NCBI GenBank assembly: GCA_042217555.1
Contig: JBDGSL010000079.1
Coordinates: forward strand, 1 to 11,891
Origin: Candidatus Nanohalobium sp.
GTDB lineage: Archaea > Nanohalarchaeota > Nanosalinia > Nanosalinales > Nanosalinaceae
Reading direction: 5' to 3'
Length of the DNA stretch: 11,891 nt
Shown here: positions 1 through 6,612 of the stretch, one piece after another
Layout: every line of letters begins with the position of its first letter
How positions within the stretch are numbered: position 1 is the first letter of the stretch
Notes under the pieces: generated by a model
What the model was told of the DNA's origin: nothing
The model's input: the letters and a program-made list of their open reading frames with translations, nothing else
The model's database searches: none
Program-made: the position numbers and the translations under genes

Positions 1-55
1 CCTCAGCCGTAAATATTCCCTGATCTGTCGAAATCATTGTGTCTCCTGTGACACA
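1..55 (-). mobile_element. Intein N-terminus (block A) inserted in nrdJ at the NP|CGE active-site position; continues beyond the window
   Basis: After ATNP the protein reads [18 protein letters not shown] instead of the conserved CGE. C-h-x-G-D-T-x-h-x-T-x-x-G is the typical intein N-terminal splicing motif. The Cys1 codon is at 55-53 (residue 354). Confidence 0.88.
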
Positions 56-1114
56 AGGATTGGTGGCTTCTATCCGGTGCTCCGGATGTTTTTCGGTGTC
101 GAAGCTGTGCATCTTGTTTGCTTCGTCGTACATGAATAGGCCTGGTTCTCCGTTTCTCCATGCGCCGTCAATCAGTGTCTCCCAGATGAATCTTGCTGGT
201 AGCTTCATTTCTTCGCCTGGTTCGAGGTCGATGTCGTACTCTTCGATTTCTTCTCCGAATGTATGTGCGAAGTCTCTCCAGAAGTTGTCGTCCTTACCCT
301 GGTCGCTTCCTTCTGCTTCCGGGTACCATTCCTCGTCGCTGTTGTAGAACTGGGCAGTCATCTCCTTGACTTCGAAAGGTTCGTCCGTTCTTGGATTGAT
401 CAACGTGTATTCTTCGTCGTTCTTGACTGCCTCCATGAAGTCTTCGGTGAGGCCGACGGAGATGTTGAAGTTGGAGAGGTTTCCCTCCTTTCTCTTGGAG
501 GTGATGAATCTGAGGATGTCAGGGTGATCGACTTTCATGATTCCCATCTGTGCTCCTCTTCGCTTCCCTCCCTGCTTGATCGTTCCACACATTGTGTCAA
601 ACACTTGCTGGAAGGACATAGGACCTGAAGATACTCCTCCAGTAGAGGAAACGATATCGCCTTTAGGCCTCATCAAATGGAAAGGATATCCCATGCCTCC
701 TCCGCTCTGGAAGATCTTTGCAGCGTCGTGAACAGTAGAGAAAATCGAATCCATGTCGTCTTCAGGGTGAACAACGAAACACGCAGAAAGCTGCTGCAGG
801 TCTCCTCCGGCGTTCATCAGTGTCGGGGAGTTCGGCATGAACTTCAGATCGGTCATAAGGTCGAAGAACTCCTGCCAGGAATCCTCGAAATCGACGTCGT
901 CGTACTCTTTGTCAGGTTGTGCGACGTTTTTCGCGACACGTTCGAACATCTCCTCTGGAGTTTCTACATTTTCTCCTTCCTCGTTTTTCAGAAGATAGCG
1001 TGACGGAAGGATGCGTTCGTAGGCGTTCTCCGTCAGTTTTTCTTCTACGGTTTCTCCTTTTACTCTTTTGACAGGTAGTTTGAAATCGGACTTTTGCTTG
1101 ACTTTGTTAGCCAT
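1..1114 (-). CDS. nrdJ: Class II (adenosylcobalamin-dependent) ribonucleotide reductase, N-terminal part; runs off the left edge; intein-containing
   Basis: Manual translation from ATG 1114: [43 protein letters not shown]...[12 protein letters not shown]...QLSACFV...FQSGGGMG...[20 protein letters not shown]...[12 protein letters not shown]...HPDI...LSNFNISV...AWRNGEPG...IEATNP. The frame is open to the window edge. AGGTG SD lies just upstream; there is an alternative in-frame ATG at 1129. No N-terminal ATP-cone is visible. Confidence 0.95.
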   Translation of the reverse strand, partial: MANKVKQKSDFKLPVKRVKGETVEEKLTENAYERILPSRYLLKNEEGENVETPEEMFERVAKNVAQPDKEYDDVDFEDSWQEFFDLMTDLKFMPNSPTLMNAGGDLQQLSACFVVHPEDDMDSIFSTVHDAAKIFQSGGGMGYPFHLMRPKGDIVSSTGGVSSGPMSFQQVFDTMCGTIKQGGKRRGAQMGIMKVDHPDILRFITSKRKEGNLSNFNISVGLTEDFMEAVKNDEEYTLINPRTDEPFEVKEMTAQFYNSDEEWYPEAEGSDQGKDDNFWRDFAHTFGEEIEEYDIDLEPGEEMKLPARFIWETLIDGAWRNGEPGLFMYDEANKMHSFDTEKHPEHRIEATNPCVTGDTMISTDQGIFTAE

Positions 1115-1149
1115 GGTTACACCTAGCATAATGTTTTTAAGTTATAATT

Positions 1150-1587
1150 TTACGACTGCAGGCTTTCAACAGCCTTCTTGAATGATTCTGCGTCTTCAAA
1201 TGAGTCGTAGACTGATGCAAATCTTATGTAGGCTACTTCATCTCGTGTGCTTAGTTCTTCTTTTATCCTGTTGCCTATTTCCTCTGATTTCACTACGTTA
1301 CTGCCTCTGACCATGTTTTTAACTTCTTCTATGATTTCTTCGACGTCTTCATCGGTTAGGGAGGTGTTCTTGGCTGCTTTTTCCACGCCGTTCCTGACTT
1401 TGTCTTCGTTGAAGTCTTGTTTCTCGCCGTTTGACTTCTTGACCTGTATATCCAGGTCTTCTGCCGTCTCGTACGTGGTGAATCTCTCACAGCATTCTGC
1501 GCACTCTCGGCGTCTGCGTATTCTGCCTTCTGACTCCCGTGAGTCCACTACCCTGGTTTCTCCGTCTTCACAGTATATGCATCGCAT
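1150..1587 (-). CDS. nrdR: Transcriptional repressor NrdR (Zn ribbon plus ATP-cone)
   Basis: MRCIYC...TRVVDSR...IRRRREC..C.ERFTTYE zinc ribbon, VKKSNGEKQDFNEDKV ATP-cone and C-terminal DEVAYIRFASVY. Lies 35 bp upstream of nrdJ on the same strand. Confidence 0.97.
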   Translation of the reverse strand: MRCIYCEDGETRVVDSRESEGRIRRRRECAECCERFTTYETAEDLDIQVKKSNGEKQDFNEDKVRNGVEKAAKNTSLTDEDVEEIIEEVKNMVRGSNVVKSEEIGNRIKEELSTRDEVAYIRFASVYDSFEDAESFKKAVESLQS

Positions 1588-1615
1588 CGATATACCTGCC
1601 TCTAACCGAAATTAA

Positions 1616-1631
1616 CCACTACATGTCGTGG
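1616..1631. promoter_or_regulatory. NrdR box (proximal to nrdR start)
   Basis: CCACTACATGTCGTGG, a near-perfect 16-bp palindrome (one mismatched pair) fitting the bacterial NrdR consensus acaCwAtATaTwGtgt. Confidence 0.85.
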
Positions 1632-1648
1632 AGAACCTTTTCCCCTCC

Positions 1649-1664
1649 CCACAACATCTTGTGC
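1649..1664. promoter_or_regulatory. NrdR box (distal)
   Basis: CCACAACATCTTGTGC fits the same consensus and is offset 33 bp (about 3 helical turns) from the first box. Confidence 0.85.
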
Positions 1665-1690
1665 CTCTGAGCCATTATTCCAACCTACTC

Positions 1691-1699
1691 CTTAAATAA
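1691..1699 (-). promoter_or_regulatory. Putative TATA box of the nrdR-nrdJ promoter
   Basis: Minus strand reads TTATTTAAG. The predicted TSS near 1666-1668 falls immediately before the distal NrdR box. Confidence 0.5.
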
Positions 1700-1750
1700 C
1701 CTGCGATGTTGAAAACACACGAATGTTGATGTCCCAGTGACAAAACATGG

Positions 1751-1758
1751 TTTAAGTT
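1751..1758 (+). promoter_or_regulatory. Putative TATA box for a leaderless transcript starting at ATG 1783
   Basis: TTTAAGTT at -32 to -25 from ATG 1783. Confidence 0.5.
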
Positions 1759-1782
1759 TTTGCTTTGAAGCTTTCAACAGGC

Positions 1783-2547
1783 ATGATACTGGATCCACAA
1801 GAAGTGCTGGAGAAGAACGCGGAAAGCCTAAGTGAACTGGTGAAAAACGATCCGGAGGCTGAAAAACTGGACAGGAGGAAAGGTGAGGAGTCTGTAGAGG
1901 GGGATTTCAGGTTAAGGATTGAAAAAGTCTCGGAGGATGTTCTTCCGGACCTGGGAAATATGCATGATTCTGTGGATGCGGAGAAACTGGAGGAGGCCTT
2001 CCGGGTGCTACAGAAAAACACTTACAGCGAAGATAAAGATCTTTCACGGTTCAGTGTTCTTTCAAGCCTGGATAAAGGCATTGATCCGCGTATGACGGAG
2101 GGAGTAACAGACAGAACGTATGAAAGAGTTCTAACTGAGTTTGAGGAGTACGGTCTGATAGAAGATGAGGAAGTAACAGGGAAGGGCAGGGCTGTGCTTG
2201 ACTGTTTCAGTACTTACATGAGTCTTTACGGTGAGGAACGGGAAGGTCTTGAAGCTGTCTCTTCTCTTCTCGACAGTGTAGTGGAGAACAGTGAGCCACG
2301 GGGAGGCCGTCTGAACGAGTTTTTCCTGGCTTTTGAGACTGATAAGAGCAGGAGGGAGATAGAGAATTATCTTGACAGGGATGTCAGTTCCAAGACTGTC
2401 GGTAACTGGTACAGAAGGTGGAGGGAGGAAGGCTTTTTCAGGAACAGTCTTGGTGACAGGGAGAGAACACCTGAGGGAGACACGGCGTATCTATCTGTTG
2501 TCATGTCGGCTTATGTACTGGATGGTATGGAAGGGTACGAGTTTTAA
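1783..2547 (+). CDS. Hypothetical acidic protein with two putative winged helix-turn-helix domains
   Basis: 254-aa ORF (ATG 1783 preferred over TTG 1765 on TATA spacing). Segments VTDRTYERVLTEFEEYGLIEDEEVTGKGRAVL and SRREIENYLDRDVSSKTVGNWYRRWREEGFF...RTPEG each resemble a wHTH recognition helix, GLI/GFF strand and T-x-x-G wing end. Confidence 0.7.
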   Translation: MILDPQEVLEKNAESLSELVKNDPEAEKLDRRKGEESVEGDFRLRIEKVSEDVLPDLGNMHDSVDAEKLEEAFRVLQKNTYSEDKDLSRFSVLSSLDKGIDPRMTEGVTDRTYERVLTEFEEYGLIEDEEVTGKGRAVLDCFSTYMSLYGEEREGLEAVSSLLDSVVENSEPRGGRLNEFFLAFETDKSRREIENYLDRDVSSKTVGNWYRRWREEGFFRNSLGDRERTPEGDTAYLSVVMSAYVLDGMEGYEF

Positions 2548-2569
2548 GATTGGAGAGTGATTTCTTCTT

Positions 2570-4363
2570 ATGACTAAGACTGTAGTTCCCGATACTTCTG
2601 TTATAGTTGATGGCGAACTTTCCTCTCTGATAGAGTCCGGAGAGCTGGAGGAAGTTGAGATAGTTATACCTGAGTTCGTTGTAGATGAACTTGAGAACCA
2701 GGTTAACAAGGGCCGAGAAACAGGGTACCAGGGTATAGAGGAGATAAAAAAGATACGGGAACTCGGCGGTAAAACTGTTTCTATCCGTTTTACAGGGCGT
2801 AGACCGACTACAGAAGAGGTTGAGATGGCTCATCATGGCCGTATCGATGCATTGATCAGGGATGTAGCAGAAGAGCTTGAAGCTGTTCTCTACACCGGTG
2901 ACAGGGTTCAGGCCGAGGTCGCAGAAGCCAAAGGGATAGAAGTCAGGTTTTTCAAAACTGAAAAAGAGCTTGAGTTCTCTCTGAAGGACTACTTCGATGA
3001 AAAGACGATGAGCGTTCACCTGAAGGAGGGGAACGTTCCCCGGGCGAAGAGAGGACTGCCAGGAGAGTTCCATCTTGAAGATATAGGTGAAGACGTGATC
3101 GGAAGAGAGGAGATCGATGAGCTGATCTCTGAGACGATTGAAAACGCAGAGATGAGTGATGATGGACTGATTGAGATGGAGGGTAATGGTGCGACCGTCC
3201 TGCAGATAGGTAATTACCGTGTCGCTGTCACAAGGCCTCCGTTCTCTGAGAGAGCTGAGATAACTGCTGTCCGTCCTGTTGCCAAGGTTGGGCTTGAGGA
3301 CTACGACCTGAGCGAAGAGCTTATGCAGAGACTGGATGAGAAGGCGGAAGGAGTACTGATCGCCGGTGCACCAGGCCATGGGAAATCCACTTTTGCACAG
3401 GCACTGGCAGAACACTTCGAGCAGCAGGATCAGGTAGTTAAAACCATGGAAAAACCCCGTGACCTGGACGTCGACCCGGGAATCACTCAGTACACAGCCC
3501 TGGACGGCTCGATGGAAAACACCGGTGACTTCCTGCTCCTGGCCAGACCTGATTACACTATCTTCGACGAGGTCAGAAAGACTGATGACTTCGAGGTCTT
3601 CTCCGATATGCGGCTTGCCGGTGTAGGAATGCTGGGAGTTGTCCATGCTTCACAGGCTGTCGACGCGGTACAGCGGTTGATTGGCAGGGTGGAACTCGGT
3701 ATGATCCCCGAGGTCTGTGACACAGTCGTATTCATCAAGGATGCAGGAGTTGAAAAAGTATACAAGGTCGAGCTAACAGTTAAGGTACCGGAAGGAATGG
3801 TAGAGGAAGATCTTGCCCGGCCTGTTGTCCAGATATCCCGTTTCGAGAACAACGCACCGGAGTACGAGATATACACATACGGAGAGGAAACCGTTGTCGT
3901 CCCGGTTGAAGAGTCCAGCGTGGAGACCGGTGCCCGCAGACTTGCCAGAGACCAGATAAAACACAGATTGAAGAAACACGTCAAGAACCCGGAGATAGAG
4001 TTCATATCCGACGAACACATCAGATTGCTTGTAGATGAGGAACAGATACCACAGGTGATAGGCCACGGCGGTGAGAGAATAGACGAAATAGAGGAAGAAC
4101 TCGGCCTCAGCATAACCGTAGAACCCAGACAGGCAGGAAGAACCGAAGAACTTGACTACGAACTCGACGAAAGAGGAAACTCCGTGATAATAAACACAGG
4201 AAAAGAGTTCTCAGGCACAGAGATAGATATATTCGACGGAGAAGAATTCCTATTCACAGCTACGGTAGGAAAAGACGGAGAAATATCACTTACAAAAAGC
4301 TCGGAGATGGCAGAAAGACTTCTCAGATCCGCAAACTCAGGAGATCTCTCACTCAGAAAATAG
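2570..4363 (+). CDS. PINc/VapC-family ATPase (PINA, COG1855): PIN domain, P-loop ATPase and KH domain
   Basis: N-terminal PIN motif VVPDTSVIVDG...IPEFVVDELE...IDALIR...TGD; Walker A GAPGHGKST; KTMEKPRDL; PDYTIFDEVR; DMRLAGVGMLGVVHA; KH loop IPQVIGHGGERIDEIE; 597 aa. Confidence 0.93.
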   Translation: MTKTVVPDTSVIVDGELSSLIESGELEEVEIVIPEFVVDELENQVNKGRETGYQGIEEIKKIRELGGKTVSIRFTGRRPTTEEVEMAHHGRIDALIRDVAEELEAVLYTGDRVQAEVAEAKGIEVRFFKTEKELEFSLKDYFDEKTMSVHLKEGNVPRAKRGLPGEFHLEDIGEDVIGREEIDELISETIENAEMSDDGLIEMEGNGATVLQIGNYRVAVTRPPFSERAEITAVRPVAKVGLEDYDLSEELMQRLDEKAEGVLIAGAPGHGKSTFAQALAEHFEQQDQVVKTMEKPRDLDVDPGITQYTALDGSMENTGDFLLLARPDYTIFDEVRKTDDFEVFSDMRLAGVGMLGVVHASQAVDAVQRLIGRVELGMIPEVCDTVVFIKDAGVEKVYKVELTVKVPEGMVEEDLARPVVQISRFENNAPEYEIYTYGEETVVVPVEESSVETGARRLARDQIKHRLKKHVKNPEIEFISDEHIRLLVDEEQIPQVIGHGGERIDEIEEELGLSITVEPRQAGRTEELDYELDERGNSVIINTGKEFSGTEIDIFDGEEFLFTATVGKDGEISLTKSSEMAERLLRSANSGDLSLRK

Positions 4364-4383
4364 AAAAAGAATAAGAATATAGT
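4364..4383 (-). terminator. T-rich tract downstream of the CBS-HPF gene, in the gap between convergent genes
   Basis: Minus strand reads ACTATATTCTTATTCTTTTT after the stop codon, typical of archaeal oligo-T termination. Confidence 0.35.
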
Positions 4384-5544
4384 TCAGTGATCGTCTCTCT
4401 TCCCTTTTTCATCTCTTATAAGCCTGTTCAGTTCGTTGAGACATTCATCCACTACTTCAAGTAAGTCCCAGGCCTCTTCCTCAACCCTGGTCTGACCGTA
4501 CTCCGAGTAAAGCTTCATAGTAGCCTCGTACCGGTGTTTCTTACCGTCTTTCTCAGCTTTCTTAACTCTTAGATCAAGTTCTTCCGGCTGCTGAAGCTTA
4601 CGGCCAAGAGAGCCTCTGAGCTGGTTCTCTATCTTCTCATGTACGGCAGCTTTCTCCTCCCTCACGTCAAGACCGGTAAGGTTGACAAGCACGGCGTTTC
4701 TCTGCTTCAGTCTTGAAGCCTCCTGTATAAAGTCCTTGACCGTGACAATCGACTCAGGATAGCTGTCTTCAACTACGATAAGTTCCTTCTCATCTCTTTC
4801 TGACATCATATCCAGGGCCTCATCGCCGTCTACATGACCTTCAACAGTGAGAGGGTTTCTCTCCATGACCTCTGAGACCTCTATCTCGGACATAGATTCT
4901 TTCTCTGACCCTCCGGCTATCTGAGTCTCTTCAAGCGAGTCTCCAGACGTACCACCGGCGTCCTGTCTCTCACGCGTAACTATAACTTTCAACAGACTGG
5001 TGCTCTTCAGTACTCCTGTCAGCTTTCCGTCACTGTCAAGTACGGGAAGCCTTGAAATACTGTTGTCAAGCATCCTGTGCCGGGCCTTCTCGATGGAATC
5101 GTCCTCAAATATCTGGATAACTTCATTGCTTCCCAGGTCCATCGTTGTGACCTGTGAGAACTCTTCATTTCCGGACAGCACTTCCCTGAACTCTCTGTCA
5201 CCGAGGACGCCTTTCAAGGTTTCACCTTCCTTCGTCACAAGCATCTTCCTGCCTGAATTGATACGTAACTCTGCTACATCGACAAGAGAATCCGTCTCAT
5301 CGAACTCAGGCGGCTGATGCATAACCTTCTCCAGTTTAGCTGTGTCAGGGTTGAACTGTACGTGCCTGATAAGATCCCGGTAACTTACAGCACCGACAAC
5401 CCTGTCTTTAGAGTCAACGACGGCGATAGCTCTCAGTTCCTCTTCCTCCATCACGGTTCTCAGCTTTGCGATGGTAGTATCTTTTTCAACGGTTTTCGGA
5501 TCATCGTTCATGAACTCCGAAGCTGCAATATCTCTTAGACTCAT
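4384..5544 (-). CDS. Four-CBS-domain protein with a C-terminal HPF/RaiA-like domain (Hib-like archaeal ribosome hibernation factor)
   Basis: Two CBS pairs (ASEFMNDDPKTV..AIAVVD..VVGAVSYRDL; ISRLPVLDSDGKLTGVL; VSEVMERNPLTV..IVTVKDF). The C-terminal ~100 aa have a beta-alpha-beta-beta-beta-alpha pattern ending WDLLEVVDECLNELNRLI, like the HPF DLYAAID..LERQL helix. ATG 5544 follows SD AGGTGG, so it is preferred over GTG 5553. Confidence 0.85.
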   Translation of the reverse strand: MSLRDIAASEFMNDDPKTVEKDTTIAKLRTVMEEEELRAIAVVDSKDRVVGAVSYRDLIRHVQFNPDTAKLEKVMHQPPEFDETDSLVDVAELRINSGRKMLVTKEGETLKGVLGDREFREVLSGNEEFSQVTTMDLGSNEVIQIFEDDSIEKARHRMLDNSISRLPVLDSDGKLTGVLKSTSLLKVIVTRERQDAGGTSGDSLEETQIAGGSEKESMSEIEVSEVMERNPLTVEGHVDGDEALDMMSERDEKELIVVEDSYPESIVTVKDFIQEASRLKQRNAVLVNLTGLDVREEKAAVHEKIENQLRGSLGRKLQQPEELDLRVKKAEKDGKKHRYEATMKLYSEYGQTRVEEEAWDLLEVVDECLNELNRLIRDEKGKRDDH

Positions 5545-5553
5545 GTCAACCAC

Positions 5554-6054
5554 CTAGTCAACAAGATACTTGTCAGACTTCTTATCCATATCGATGAAGT
5601 TCGTGGCTGATTCCCTCAGCTCCTTGGCCGAACTTCTGCCGAAGGACATTACCTCGACGCGACAACCCATAGCCTTCAGGTGGTCGACGAGAACAGAGAA
5701 ATCACCGTCTCCTGTAACCAGGACGATTGTATCAAGCTTCTTCGCCTGCTGGATCATATCCACAGTCATACCGAGATCCCAGTCACCTTTCTTCTCACCG
5801 CCGTAGAACTCCTTCAACTCCTTTATCTCAACCTCATAACCTATCTTCCTGAGAGCCTCAAAGAAGTTATCCTCGCCTGGCGTCTCACCCTTCACAACAT
5901 AGGCCGAAGCACGGATCAGCTTCCGGTTCATCACCGCAGAGTTCAAGACTTTCTTGAAGTCAACCTTTGCACTGTAAAGATTTTTAGCACTGTAGTACAT
6001 GTTTTGGACGTCAACAAAGACGCCTACCCTCTGATCTTCATGAATATTAGACAT
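5554..6054 (-). CDS. NYN domain (LabA/DUF88, PIN-like) putative ribonuclease
   Basis: VGVFVDVQNMYY, EKKGDWDLGMTVDM, IVLVTGDGDFSVLV..LK..GCRVEV, S..L...A..FID; the acidic active-site residues are intact. Confidence 0.92.
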   Translation of the reverse strand: MSNIHEDQRVGVFVDVQNMYYSAKNLYSAKVDFKKVLNSAVMNRKLIRASAYVVKGETPGEDNFFEALRKIGYEVEIKELKEFYGGEKKGDWDLGMTVDMIQQAKKLDTIVLVTGDGDFSVLVDHLKAMGCRVEVMSFGRSSAKELRESATNFIDMDKKSDKYLVD

Positions 6055-6088
6055 AATTCGTTCACTCTAATTCTCAAAAACCTTTTCC

Positions 6089-6155
6089 AGAGACCTGAAC
6101 GACCAACATCCTCCGAAAGAACACGCGGAAAACATGAGGCCATCCAAAACCCTCT
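6089..6155 (-). other. Candidate structured 5' leader (long G-U-rich hairpin) of the NYN-Hib operon
   Basis: Minus-strand AGAGGGUUUUGGAUGGCC pairs with GGUCGUUCAGGUCUCU, and the inner AUGUUUUCCG pairs with CGGAGGAUGU around a 10-nt loop. It begins about 24 nt downstream of a TATA-like CTTTTAAG at 6186-6179. Confidence 0.45.
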
Positions 6156-6178
6156 AACAAAACCAACCGGACACGACG

Positions 6179-6186
6179 CTTAAAAG
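6179..6186 (-). promoter_or_regulatory. Putative TATA box for the NYN-Hib operon
   Basis: CTTTTAAG on the minus strand, giving a predicted TSS near 6155. Confidence 0.45.
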
Positions 6187-6208
6187 ACATAGGAAAAACA
6201 GCAAAAAC

Positions 6209-6216
6209 TATAAAAA
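6209..6216 (+). promoter_or_regulatory. Putative TATA box for the lipoprotein gene
   Basis: TATAAAAA at -31 to -24 from ATG 6240, preceded by an A-rich BRE-like stretch. Confidence 0.5.
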
Positions 6217-6239
6217 GTTACAACTTCAACATGACAAAC

Positions 6240-6611
6240 ATGGAAGAGATGGATAGACGTGATTTCTTGAAGACTACAGCAGGAGTTGCAGCAGGCAGCG
6301 GTCTCGCAGGCTGTCTTGGAGGAGAAAACGGTCAGAGCCTCAGCGAGGAGGGAAGTAGAGTACTTGAACCTGGTGAAGGCAACTTCACTATAGAGAACGG
6401 GGAAGATGTCGATGTCTGGATCGACGGCGAAAAGTACAACATGAGCATCACTCGTATCGAAACGGATCAGAATAGAGACTTCGCTTATCTCAAAACCGGT
6501 GGGGAAGAGATGGAAGTATTTGAGCCCGGTACACTATACATCGGAGAAAGCAAGTATGGGATAGAAATAAGAGAAGACAGTGTTGAGTTTCAATACACCG
6601 GAGAGCAGTAA
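6240..6611 (+). CDS. Small Tat-signal lipoprotein of unknown function
   Basis: MEEMDRRDFLKTTAGVAAGSGLAGC contains a twin-arginine motif (DRRDFLK) and lipobox LAGC, followed by an acidic beta-rich mature part. ATG 6231 and 6249 are alternative starts. Confidence 0.85.
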   Translation: MEEMDRRDFLKTTAGVAAGSGLAGCLGGENGQSLSEEGSRVLEPGEGNFTIENGEDVDVWIDGEKYNMSITRIETDQNRDFAYLKTGGEEMEVFEPGTLYIGESKYGIEIREDSVEFQYTGEQ

Positions 6612-6612
6612 G

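Noticed and set aside
39..1003. Plus-strand ORFs 39-347, 263-628, 537-731 and 677-1003
   Set aside because: Antisense shadows of nrdJ, with Ser/Phe/Leu-rich composition typical of the reverse of acidic genes.
1700..1750. Possible third NrdR box (ACACACGAATGTTGATGT region)
   Set aside because: It lacks the central palindromic ACAT/ATAT core and the spacing of the two good boxes.
1783..4363. HTH plus PIN gene pair as a VapBC toxin-antitoxin system
   Set aside because: The PIN domain is part of the conserved ~600-aa archaeal PIN-ATPase-KH protein, and the upstream protein is far larger than a VapB antitoxin.
2570..4363. Type IV pilus or secretion ATPase (PilT/VirB11)
   Set aside because: The ATPase fold is related, but the PIN and KH domains define COG1855/PINA, and no pilin or TadC genes are adjacent.
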